This document shows, one piece after another, positions 1 to 8,455 of a stretch of 64,000 bases of DNA. Every line of letters begins with the position of its first letter. Position 1 is the first letter of the stretch. A program made the translations under genes and the position numbers. This DNA is from a virus (taxonomy: Duplodnaviria; Caudoviricetes). Under the pieces are notes generated by a model. That model did not search any database, had not been told where the DNA came from, and was given only the letters and a program-made list of their open reading frames with translations. The DNA is taken from positions 32,001 to 96,000 of IMG/VR virus record IMGVR_UViG_3300029288_000086; one strand, written 5' to 3'.

Positions 1-8
1 TTGCAAAA

Positions 9-239
9 ATGATAGAGCTAGAAGACGAATATGGTGTTACTTTATTGACAGAAGATGAAGTCCAAGAATTTCTAAAATCTGATTTGGCACAACTGGAGTA
101 TTTGGTAAAACGCGAAGTTGATCGGTCAGACGCTTGGGATACAACTTCAGAAATTAAAAAGGCATGGGCTGAAGGAATTAATCAAGGATTATTTTTGGCA
201 AAACAATATTATGATACTAGAATTGATGAAGGATTTTAA
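9..239 (+). CDS. hypothetical protein
   Basis: ORF in the co-directional early gene string. Confidence 0.6.
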   Translation: MIELEDEYGVTLLTEDEVQEFLKSDLAQLEYLVKREVDRSDAWDTTSEIKKAWAEGINQGLFLAKQYYDTRIDEGF

Positions 240-468
240 AATTGAACTTCCAACTTTTACAGAGGCAAGTAAAGCCGTCGATTTAAACAACGCAAACCCA
301 TTAGAGAAATTCATTTTTGAAAATGAACCGGCAGGGAATGAAGATGGATTTCTTTTCAGAGTGGGATTAATTGATCTTTTAAATTACGCTCATGAAGAAA
401 TTGATGATTTTGTGTTTGAAAACAATGAAGAAGCTGAATTTTATCGAATTAATGATATTAAACAATAA
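226..468 (+). CDS. hypothetical protein
   Basis: Likely ATG at 226 overlapping the previous gene end. Confidence 0.55.
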   Translation: MKDFKIELPTFTEASKAVDLNNANPLEKFIFENEPAGNEDGFLFRVGLIDLLNYAHEEIDDFVFENNEEAEFYRINDIKQ

Positions 469-584
469 TTATTAACTATACGAATGGAGAAACTATTATA
501 TTTGATAATAGTTAATAATCAGAAATACCCCATGAAATCGGCATTTCATGGACTAAAATAAAATTAGATAAATAAGGAGATAAT

Positions 585-803
585 ATGATTTCAAATACAG
601 TCAAGAATAAGTTGAAAGTTTCTTTGACAGAAAACCTTGAAGATTGGTGGGAAACAGAAAGTGGAAATATGCTTGGAGATATTCCATGGCTTGGGGACAA
701 TACTATTGATAATATGGCAGAATCGGTTTTACTAATATTGCTATCTCTTGATGATGCTCAAGATTGGATGTCAAAAGAAGGCATGTTCACGGAAGATGTT
801 TAA
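585..803 (+). CDS. hypothetical protein (between repeat sites)
   Basis: AAGGAG RBS; flanked by sites 531 and 807. Confidence 0.7.
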   Translation: MISNTVKNKLKVSLTENLEDWWETESGNMLGDIPWLGDNTIDNMAESVLLILLSLDDAQDWMSKEGMFTEDV

Positions 804-846
804 CCCAATGAAATTGGCCTTTTTCATGGGGCTATAAAGAGATAAA

Positions 847-1134
847 ATGGAAAATTTTGAAATATATCATGCTTATATAGAATCATCTGATCCTGATGAT
901 TATCCATTCAAAGACGCTGGAGTATTTTTGAATGATTACGATTTGGCATTAACCTCATTGCTAAAAACTTGGAGAACTATTAAAAATCATTTTGACAAAA
1001 CTGAACAGTATAATCCATATTCGTATTTAGTAATAGATAGTTGGAAATATAATGGAAATTCAAAATTATCAAATAATCGCATATATTCAGAATATAGTTT
1101 AGATGTAAATATAGAAAACATAGGAGAAAAATGA
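847..1134 (+). CDS. hypothetical protein
   Basis: ORF with RBS after site 807. Confidence 0.65.
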   Translation: MENFEIYHAYIESSDPDDYPFKDAGVFLNDYDLALTSLLKTWRTIKNHFDKTEQYNPYSYLVIDSWKYNGNSKLSNNRIYSEYSLDVNIENIGEK

Positions 1135-1337
1135 AAAAATATCAAGTGTTGTTTTGCAATGACAATAAGATTTGTTTTCAAGGGGAAGACGGAATTGTTA
1201 ATCCACAAGAAGCTTTAAGTGGCGGAGGAAATATCTTTGATTTTTCGAGCGATAAAAAAGAGTTGAGAATGAAGCCAGGAACAAAACCAGATGAATATGT
1301 GAGTGTTGAGCATGTTGAGTTTTGGTTAGTAAAATAA
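1131..1337 (+). CDS. hypothetical protein
   Basis: AGGAG RBS, ATGA coupling with the upstream gene. Confidence 0.7.
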   Translation: MKKYQVLFCNDNKICFQGEDGIVNPQEALSGGGNIFDFSSDKKELRMKPGTKPDEYVSVEHVEFWLVK

Positions 1338-1387
1338 CCCCATAAAAGCGTCATTTCATTAGGTAAAATTATATAAAAGGATAAATA

Positions 1388-1723
1388 ATGAAACATATTT
1401 ATGATTGTACATATACGTATCAATTGGCAAGAAAGAAATTGTTTGGCACAAGGAAAGACAGTTATTGGGGATATATTAAACCGGCATATGTGGATGAATT
1501 GATTGTATCGGACTTCTTTAGAAATCAATTAAAAGATGTAGGCGATAAACATCAAAACGGAGATGATTGGTATTTAGACTATACAATTACCGAAGTAGAA
1601 GTTAGATATAAAATTGCTGATGAATTATATAGTTTTTCTGGGTTATCTTCCAATTTATCTGCCGGAGATTTCTTAGAGTATTGTAAAGATCATATGATTA
1701 CATCAGTAATTATTACTACATGA
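1388..1723 (+). CDS. hypothetical protein
   Basis: AAGGA RBS; stop codon lies inside site 1719. Confidence 0.7.
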   Translation: MKHIYDCTYTYQLARKKLFGTRKDSYWGYIKPAYVDELIVSDFFRNQLKDVGDKHQNGDDWYLDYTITEVEVRYKIADELYSFSGLSSNLSAGDFLEYCKDHMITSVIITT

Positions 1724-1752
1724 AACTGCCATTTCATTGAAAGGAGGAATTA

Positions 1753-2508
1753 TTGAGATTAAACGACAATATAGTTATAAAACAATGCGATTGTATGGAA
1801 ACAATGAAATTAATTCCTGACAATTATGTTGATATGGTATTATGTGATTTGCCGTATGGAACAACTTCAAACAAATGGGATTCAATTTTGCCCATAAATG
1901 ATTTGTGGACACAATATAAACGGATTTGTAAAGATAATGCGATTATAGCTCTTACTGCATCTCAACCGTTTACGTCAATGTTGGTAATGAGCAACTTAGA
2001 AATGTACAAACATGAATGGATTTGGATTAAAAATAGAGGAAGTAATTTCGCAAATACAGTAAGAGAACCAATGAAGGAACATGAATCTGTTTTAATTTTC
2101 AGTAAAGGAAAGTGGACTTATAATAAACAGATGCAAGAAAGAACTGGATCTGGTCTTAGTAGAATGAAATATGATTTCAACACAGTTACAAAATCAGAAA
2201 ATTATAGGGAGTTTGAAAGACCACCGTCTGGTGGTGGAGAATTACGTGTTCCTTCTAGTTGGCAAAAGTTTAATACTGAAGTGGGTTTGCACCCAACACA
2301 AAAACCCGTTGCATTATTTGAATATTTAATTAAGACTTACACGAATGAGAATGAAGTTGTTTTGGATAATTGCGCAGGAAGTTTCACAAGTGGAGTTGCC
2401 TGTATAAATTTAAATAGAAAATATATTGGGTATGAGTTAGATGAAAAATACTTTGAAATTGGTAAAAATAGACTTTTAAAAGCTTTAAATACAAAAAATA
2501 CCCCATGA
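1753..2508 (+). CDS. DNA methyltransferase (N4C/N6A, beta class)
   Basis: CDLPYG motif IV, HPTQKP, VLDNCAGS motif I, GYELD; AAGGAGG RBS with TTG start. Confidence 0.93.
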   Translation: MRLNDNIVIKQCDCMETMKLIPDNYVDMVLCDLPYGTTSNKWDSILPINDLWTQYKRICKDNAIIALTASQPFTSMLVMSNLEMYKHEWIWIKNRGSNFANTVREPMKEHESVLIFSKGKWTYNKQMQERTGSGLSRMKYDFNTVTKSENYREFERPPSGGGELRVPSSWQKFNTEVGLHPTQKPVALFEYLIKTYTNENEVVLDNCAGSFTSGVACINLNRKYIGYELDEKYFEIGKNRLLKALNTKNTP

Positions 2509-2607
2509 AACAGATATTTCATGCACTTTAATATGAAATTAATTGCATGTTCGGGTATAAAATAGGGTTTATTATGCAAGATATTGCATGTTAAGAAGGA
2601 GAAAATA

Positions 2608-2769
2608 ATGGAGGAGAATTGGATTTATAATCCTATGTTAAAACAATTCATATTTTTCAAAGGATTAAGAATTTTTATTTATAAGAATTGGAATAAGTAT
2701 TATCATCAATTCCAAGGGTATCAATGGGAAATTGGGTTTGGTCACATTGCAATCGCTTGGTACAAATAA
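2608..2769 (+). CDS. hypothetical protein
   Basis: AAGGAG RBS before ATG 2608. Confidence 0.55.
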   Translation: MEENWIYNPMLKQFIFFKGLRIFIYKNWNKYYHQFQGYQWEIGFGHIAIAWYK

Positions 2770-2792
2770 TCAAATATAAAAAGGAGAATAAA

Positions 2793-3068
2793 ATGCAAGA
2801 TAGTAAATATGTAATTATGTTAGTAAAAGACGGAGTTGCCTTTTGGAGTAAGAATGAACATGGTTGGGTAAATTTGACATGTGCAACCGTATATAACAAA
2901 GAAGAAGTTGATGCTAAATCTGATAGGCCAATGCTTGGAAGATTTGTAGAACTACCTGCCTATAATGGTAATATTAATGTAACAATCAATGGTTATTCTG
3001 TTCCTTCTGCAAAAGATGTTGCTGATGCTATTGTTAAAACTCTCAGAACCCAAGGCGTTACTAGATAA
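2793..3068 (+). CDS. hypothetical protein
   Basis: AAGGAG RBS before ATG 2793. Confidence 0.65.
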   Translation: MQDSKYVIMLVKDGVAFWSKNEHGWVNLTCATVYNKEEVDAKSDRPMLGRFVELPAYNGNINVTINGYSVPSAKDVADAIVKTLRTQGVTR

Positions 3069-3127
3069 TAACTTCCCCATAAAACGAAAATTTCATGGGA
3101 AATAATTAATAAAGAAAGGAGGATTTT

Positions 3128-3313
3128 ATGCCTACATATATCGTAACTACGGAACATTTGTATACTGAACGAGTAAGAATTGAAGCAGAAAACGAGGAAG
3201 ACGCATTAGAAGCTGTATATCAAGGTGATGGAGAAACTATAGAAGGATCATTAAATTATAGTGAATTTAATCCATTGGATAATGCTTCTGAATGGGATAT
3301 TGAGGAAGAGTAA
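3128..3313 (+). CDS. hypothetical acidic protein
   Basis: AAGGAGG RBS; flanked by sites 3078 and 3320. Confidence 0.75.
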   Translation: MPTYIVTTEHLYTERVRIEAENEEDALEAVYQGDGETIEGSLNYSEFNPLDNASEWDIEEE

Positions 3314-3387
3314 ATACCCCATGAAACAAGAGTTTTATTGACGTGACAGCGCCTATATTTATATCTGAGATCAGAAAGGATTATAAT

Positions 3388-3633
3388 ATGACAAAACGAA
3401 TTTTGCATTTACAAATTCCGATGATGGACACAAAAGCTCCAATTAGAGACGCTTTTAGAGTTAGTCCAGAAACAGCAGGAAAGTTTGTTTCTTTAGTAAA
3501 AGAAAAACTTGGAGATGATTGGATTGTAATTATGTCGCCATTTGATCCAACAATTTCTGAGGACGGTCAAACATTTTATAACTTTAAAATGGAACAACTT
3601 ACAAAAGATGAACTGATTAAATTAATTCAATAA
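3388..3633 (+). CDS. hypothetical protein
   Basis: AAAGGA RBS before ATG 3388. Confidence 0.65.
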   Translation: MTKRILHLQIPMMDTKAPIRDAFRVSPETAGKFVSLVKEKLGDDWIVIMSPFDPTISEDGQTFYNFKMEQLTKDELIKLIQ

Positions 3634-3798
3634 ATATTTCTATGCCTTAGCACAAGGGTAGCCGTATTGATGAAGGAGATGGGGTCGCCATAGGGAATGC
3701 AGGACGACAAGTTGTAAGGGAAATTTGCTGACAAGATCGGCACAAAATAAATGTCCGAATATGTGCCACTTAATAAAATATACGCAAAGGAGAATCCT

Positions 3799-3921
3799 AT
3801 GAATGACAAACAAATCAAACAAATGAATAAACACAATGAAGAACTTGCAAAATTCAATGCAGAAAAAGCAAATGCACCTAAAACACATCGAGAAAGACAG
3901 AAGGAACGTAAGCGACATTAA
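3799..3921 (+). CDS. small basic protein (40 aa, not in ORF track)
   Basis: AAGGAG RBS; MNDKQIKQMNKHNEELAKFNAEKANAPKTHRERQKERKRH. Confidence 0.55.
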   Translation: MNDKQIKQMNKHNEELAKFNAEKANAPKTHRERQKERKRH

Positions 3922-3953
3922 TAATATTAATAAAATTGATACCACCAAAACCC

Positions 3954-3982
3954 TTGACAAAATCGGGATTGTGTGGTATAAA
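3954..3982 (+). promoter_or_regulatory. sigma70/SigA-type promoter for the RNA cluster
   Basis: TTGACA-17 bp-TATAAA with extended -10 TG. Confidence 0.85.
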
Positions 3983-3988
3983 TAATAC

Positions 3989-4214
3989 GGAGGCTTTACC
4001 TGAAAAGGACTGCCTTTTATGGCGCAATGAGGGCTTTATTGTGGGAAGTTCCTGGATGATCGTTCGAGTCGAGACGCACAATAAAGAGCGACCTGATAGC
4101 CAAAAAACAAAATATCTTGAGCGTAAAAGGCGTACGCCTAGACGTGGAAATCGTTACTGGTAAAGTCGGCTGACACGGCGGACAATGGATGTAAATTCCT
4201 ACCAAGATATTTTT
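3989..4214 (+). ncRNA. candidate structured non-coding RNA
   Basis: GC-richer tract right after the promoter; stems CTTTATTGTG/CACAATAAAG, AAAATATCTTG/CAAGATATTTT, GCCTTTTAT/GTAAAAGGC; T-loop-like TTCGAGT. Confidence 0.5.
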
Positions 4215-4216
4215 AT

Positions 4217-4288
4217 AACGGGTTAGAGTAGTGGTTCACTCAGGAGCCTCATAAGCTTCGCACACATGTTAGAATCATGTGCCCGCTA
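4217..4288 (+). tRNA. tRNA with CAT anticodon (Met-like, divergent)
   Basis: Cloverleaf: D stem GAGT/ACTC, anticodon loop CTCATAA, T arm ACATG-TTAGAAT-CATGT; one acceptor-stem mismatch. Confidence 0.7.
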
Positions 4289-4431
4289 TTTGCACTAGAT
4301 ATCTAGTGCATAACTAATCCTGTACCCTTGAATGAGGCGACGGGGCAAGTCCTTATCTAATCATAAAACTCGGATTAAAGATCAGCAGGATTCCTCGATA
4401 TAAAAGGGTAAGAGAATAAGAGGAAAAATTT

Positions 4432-4506
4432 GTACCCTTAGCTCAGTTGGTCTAGAGCAAGCGGCTCATAACCGCTGGGTCACAGGTTCAAGTCCTGTAG
4501 GGTACA
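4432..4506 (+). tRNA. tRNA with CAT anticodon (Ile2-like)
   Basis: Perfect cloverleaf GTACCCT/AGGGTAC, AGCGG-CTCATAA-CCGCT, GGTTCAAGTCC; C4:G69 and C5:G68 as in lysidine tRNA-Ile. Confidence 0.92.
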
Positions 4507-4507
4507 C

Positions 4508-4973
4508 TAGGGCAATGGGGGAACATTTTTACTTTATTTTATTTTTTTAGGAGGTTTATATATGAATTACACTCTTGCAACACCGTATGATTTTTATTCC
4601 ACTTTTGATGATTTACACTATTGTTTCCAACATCTTTTCCAAGAACAGGACGGACAATACTCTGTCGAAAAAGATGGAAAAATCATTTTAATGGTAAATG
4701 TTCTTGGAGTAAGGAAAGAGGATTTAGATGTAAAAGTAGATAATGACAGAGATCATCAAGGTTGGCAAATTATTACCGTAAAAGGTAAAACCAACAACGA
4801 AGCCGTAAATAGGGAGTTTTCTGTATTTTGGCAAAAGAGGGTAAAGAATTCAATCAAAAAGCTAGATGGAGTCGTAGAAAACGGCGTCTTAACATTAACG
4901 CTCGAATTCAACGAGCCTGTTAAGCCTAGCGTTGAAATTTCCGTTAAATAGTTGATTTATCCCCATTGCCCTA
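4508..4973. repeat. 13-bp inverted repeat flanking the Hsp20 gene
   Basis: TAGGGCAATGGGG (4508-4520) and CCCCATTGCCCTA (4961-4973). Confidence 0.85.
4562..4951 (+). CDS. small heat shock protein (Hsp20/alpha-crystallin)
   Basis: LGVRKEDLDV and ENGVLTLT motifs, C-terminal V-E-I; AGGAGG RBS. Confidence 0.8.
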   Translation: MNYTLATPYDFYSTFDDLHYCFQHLFQEQDGQYSVEKDGKIILMVNVLGVRKEDLDVKVDNDRDHQGWQIITVKGKTNNEAVNREFSVFWQKRVKNSIKKLDGVVENGVLTLTLEFNEPVKPSVEISVK

Positions 4974-5102
4974 AAAAATAGTCTATCAAATATAATAACA
5001 ACAGGAGGTGAAAAATCCACGCTACCCCATGAAAGCATTATTTTATGCACCATATTTTTTGCAACACAAAATTTTAGTAAGTTTATAGATAAAGGAGATT
5101 AA

Positions 5103-6014
5103 ATGAGTTTTAGTTTTACTAAGGCAACAAAAGGCAAAAAGCCTGTTAGAATTGTTATTGGTGGGCCAAGTGGCTCCGGCAAGACGTACACATCCCTGAC
5201 TTTCGCACAATATCTTGAAAATATCACAAAGAAACCAACCGCCGTTATTGACACTGAGCATTATCGTGCCAGCCTTTATGCGGATAAGTTTGGTTTTGAG
5301 GTAAACAATTGGGAACCCCCATTTGATCCTCGTGAGCTTATCAAGGCTATTCACGAAGTAGAACAAGCGGGATTTGGTCAACTTATTGTTGATAGTAGCA
5401 CCCATTTCTATTCTGGGCAAGGTGGATTGCTCGAAATTGTTTCAGACGCAGCAAAGACGCGCTATGGTGGAAATCAGTATGCTGGATGGGCAGTTGGTAC
5501 ACCCGTACAAAATGACTTGGTAGATACCATTATTCGATCACCATTGCATATCATTTTCTGCACGAGGGCAAAACAAGCCTACGAGGAAACTGAAAAGAAT
5601 GGCAAGAAAACATATGAAAAAACCGGTATGGAACTTCAACAGAGGGATGGCTTTGAGTATGACTTCGATTTCTCGTTGATGATGGATATGGATAACAATG
5701 CTGTTGTTGCTAAAGGTATGGGGCTTGTAACTCTCGGAATGTATATCAAAAAACCTGATTACAAGACCATTGAAAATATTCTGAAGTCCATTAATGATAA
5801 CGCCACTGAAAATTCAATTTCTCCGGTGCGAATCGGTGAATTGCAAAAACAAATTATTGGTGTTTGTAAAGAACTTGGTGGAAAAACAAATACAAAGTTG
5901 ATGGAAACTTTGGAAAAATATACTCCAGATAAGAATCCAGAGCATATTGATGATGAATCCAAATTGGTTGAACTATTGGCTGAAGTTGAGAACTTGAAAA
6001 AGGAGAAAAAGTAA
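5103..6014 (+). CDS. AAA ATPase, Sak4-like recombination protein
   Basis: Walker A GPSGSGKT, VIDTE, LIVDS, FEYDFD; directly upstream of SSB. Confidence 0.85.
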   Translation: MSFSFTKATKGKKPVRIVIGGPSGSGKTYTSLTFAQYLENITKKPTAVIDTEHYRASLYADKFGFEVNNWEPPFDPRELIKAIHEVEQAGFGQLIVDSSTHFYSGQGGLLEIVSDAAKTRYGGNQYAGWAVGTPVQNDLVDTIIRSPLHIIFCTRAKQAYEETEKNGKKTYEKTGMELQQRDGFEYDFDFSLMMDMDNNAVVAKGMGLVTLGMYIKKPDYKTIENILKSINDNATENSISPVRIGELQKQIIGVCKELGGKTNTKLMETLEKYTPDKNPEHIDDESKLVELLAEVENLKKEKK

Positions 6015-6015
6015 A

Positions 6016-6417
6016 ATGAATTTCGATTGCAAATCTAAAGTATTGGCAACAAAAGTTGAAAAGAAAGGTAGTTTTTCTTTGGTCTTTCTCCGAGATTCTC
6101 GCCACGACAAAAAAGCAGATAAGTGGATTCCTAGTCCTTATACCAATGTCCACTTCGTTGCTGGAGCGCATGCCAAAATCGATGAATTGATTAATGCCAT
6201 TAATTCTGCTGATAAGTTTGCAGATGGCAATTCCAAGGGAGTTTACATTCAACCAGGGAGTTGCAGTCTCACAAATGAAGTCTATGAAAAAGAAGATGGC
6301 ACAAAAGTTTATCCAAAACAATTTACTGTTTGGGATTGGGAGTTTGCTGGAGAGAAATCAACCGATGATAATTCTCAAGAATCTGTTGAAGCATCTTCTA
6401 GCGATTTGCCCTTCTAG
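6016..6417 (+). CDS. single-stranded DNA-binding protein-like
   Basis: Acidic tail ending DLPF; position between Sak4 and primase. Confidence 0.7.
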   Translation: MNFDCKSKVLATKVEKKGSFSLVFLRDSRHDKKADKWIPSPYTNVHFVAGAHAKIDELINAINSADKFADGNSKGVYIQPGSCSLTNEVYEKEDGTKVYPKQFTVWDWEFAGEKSTDDNSQESVEASSSDLPF

Positions 6418-6438
6418 TTAATTTCATTACAACAAGTT

Positions 6439-6470
6439 ATAAAGGCGGAGTTTATTTTCTCCGCCTTTAT
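6439..6470 (+). terminator. intrinsic terminator-like hairpin
   Basis: ATAAAGGCGGAG-TTTATTTT-CTCCGCCTTTAT. Confidence 0.7.
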
Positions 6471-6489
6471 AGAATGGAATAATTTATAA

Positions 6490-8454
6490 ATGCTGATTGA
6501 TAAAGATTTAATCGTTGAAGCAAAAAAAACATTGGGTGAAGAAGCAGCAAATATTATAAAAAATGATCTCGATTTACAAAATTGGGATGATAAAAATTTG
6601 AAATCTCTCTGCCCGTTCCACGAGGAGGACACGGGAAGTTTTATTTGGAATCACAAAGATAATGCCTTCAAATGTTTTGGATGTGGCGTCCATTATAATA
6701 TTGTAGATCATTACATGCAATTTAATCGTCTAACTTTTATTGGTGCAATTCAAAAATTATTTGAACAAACTGAAACAAAGTATTCTTTTGGCGAGCAAGG
6801 TGTAAAAACTGAAAAATATTATAAATATCCTTTTTATGATCATTCAGAAGATAGATCGAAAGTAGAGGATTATTTAAAATTAAGACATATTTCTAATACA
6901 ACGCTAGATTTGACAGATGTTCAACAAAGCAATGATGGCAATATCGTATTTAATTATTATGATACCAATGATGTATTGACATTAGTGAAATATCGTCCTG
7001 CAAAACAAGTCAAAAAAGGCGATACTAAAACATGGTGTCAACAAGATGCAGATTCTATGCCATTGTTATTTAATATGAATCGCATTGATTTTACTAATGG
7101 GCCACTATTGATATGCGAAGGAGAAATAGACTGTCTTTCCGCCATTGAAGCCGGATATAAGAATGCAGTTAGTGTTCCTTTAGGGGCCAATAATTATGGG
7201 TGGATAGAAGCTTCGTGGGATTGGCTAGAACTATTCGATAGAATTATTATATGGTCAGATAATGACGAAGCCGGATTAAAAATGAGAAAAGAAGTATGTT
7301 CTCGTTTGGGCGTATGGCGTACTTTGTATGTAGATATGCCAATCCTCTTGGACAAAGATGGAAGTGAAATAAAAATTAATGATGCAGATGGAAAAAAGAG
7401 AGGCGTAAAAGATATTAATGAAGTTCTTTATTATTGTGGAAAACAAAAGGTTCTAGATTTAATTACCGAAGCAAAAGAATTGCCCATTGAAGGTATTGAG
7501 GACTTATCATCAGTTGAACCTTTTGATATAGAATTAGCGCCAGGATTATATTCTGGATTAGAGCCAATAGATAAAACTATTTATAAATTTTTATTTGGTA
7601 GTGTCATTGTTGTGACAGGTCTCAGGGGGGCAGGCAAGTCCACATTGCTTAACCAATGTTTTGTGTGTGAACCATTAGAGCAAGGATATGATACTTTTAT
7701 TTTTAGTGGCGAATTAAGTTCCCCAGTATTGCAAAGTTGGGTAGAATTATCTATGGCTGGCCCCGAACAAGTTAAGATGAAAACAGAACACATTCATGTT
7801 ATCAATGCAGATGCAATGAAACAAATGAAAGAGTGGTATCATGGAAGAACATGGACATATAACCAGACCGACAACAAATTAGAATCAATTCTAGACAAAG
7901 CAGTTAGCGTTACTAGAAAATATGGTGTTAAAATTTGGCTTTTAGATAATTTATCAACTATTGATATTGGTGCCAATGATAATAACCTTTTAGAGAAACA
8001 AAAAAATGTTATTGTGGAATTAATTAAACATGCAAAAACCTACAATGTCTTAATCATTCTTGTTATTCATCCACGCAAATTACAAGCAGGAACCGTAGAC
8101 ATTGTTTCAGATGATGTTGGTGGAAATGGCGCACTTACTAATTTAGCGCAATATGTTATTTCCGTAAAAAGATTTTCCCAAAAAGATAAAGCCGGAGAAA
8201 GGGATGGAAAAGGGAATTGGAAAAAGGGGAAAGAGCCTATTTCAGAAGACGTTGAAGTAAATATTTTAAAAAATCGTTATACGGGAAAAATAGAAGCACA
8301 TAAATTGTTTTTCAATTACAAATCTTACAGATTTTTTTCTAACGCAAGAGAATTATTTAAAAGATATGGATGGGATAAAAATAGGAATCGTCCTATTCCA
8401 ACATTAGAAAGTGAAGATCCAAGATTTGCTTCACCAGATTTTATGAAGGATTAA
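6490..8454 (+). CDS. primase-helicase (Zn finger, TOPRIM, SF4 helicase)
   Basis: CPFH..C..C Zn finger, CEGEID and DNDEAG TOPRIM, GLRGAGKS Walker A, LDNL, HPRK, KNR. Confidence 0.93.
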   Translation: MLIDKDLIVEAKKTLGEEAANIIKNDLDLQNWDDKNLKSLCPFHEEDTGSFIWNHKDNAFKCFGCGVHYNIVDHYMQFNRLTFIGAIQKLFEQTETKYSFGEQGVKTEKYYKYPFYDHSEDRSKVEDYLKLRHISNTTLDLTDVQQSNDGNIVFNYYDTNDVLTLVKYRPAKQVKKGDTKTWCQQDADSMPLLFNMNRIDFTNGPLLICEGEIDCLSAIEAGYKNAVSVPLGANNYGWIEASWDWLELFDRIIIWSDNDEAGLKMRKEVCSRLGVWRTLYVDMPILLDKDGSEIKINDADGKKRGVKDINEVLYYCGKQKVLDLITEAKELPIEGIEDLSSVEPFDIELAPGLYSGLEPIDKTIYKFLFGSVIVVTGLRGAGKSTLLNQCFVCEPLEQGYDTFIFSGELSSPVLQSWVELSMAGPEQVKMKTEHIHVINADAMKQMKEWYHGRTWTYNQTDNKLESILDKAVSVTRKYGVKIWLLDNLSTIDIGANDNNLLEKQKNVIVELIKHAKTYNVLIILVIHPRKLQAGTVDIVSDDVGGNGALTNLAQYVISVKRFSQKDKAGERDGKGNWKKGKEPISEDVEVNILKNRYTGKIEAHKLFFNYKSYRFFSNARELFKRYGWDKNRNRPIPTLESEDPRFASPDFMKD

Positions 8455-8455
8455 A

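Noticed and set aside
2532-2549. Extra dyad-like sequences at 2532 (TATGAAA-TTAA-TTGCATG) and 25712 (CACGAAA half-site)
   Set aside because: Wrong spacing or missing right arm; not counted, though they may be decayed sites.
3936-4163. 75-aa ORF over the promoter and candidate ncRNA
   Set aside because: TTG start without RBS, overlaps the promoter, and the region is better explained as RNA.
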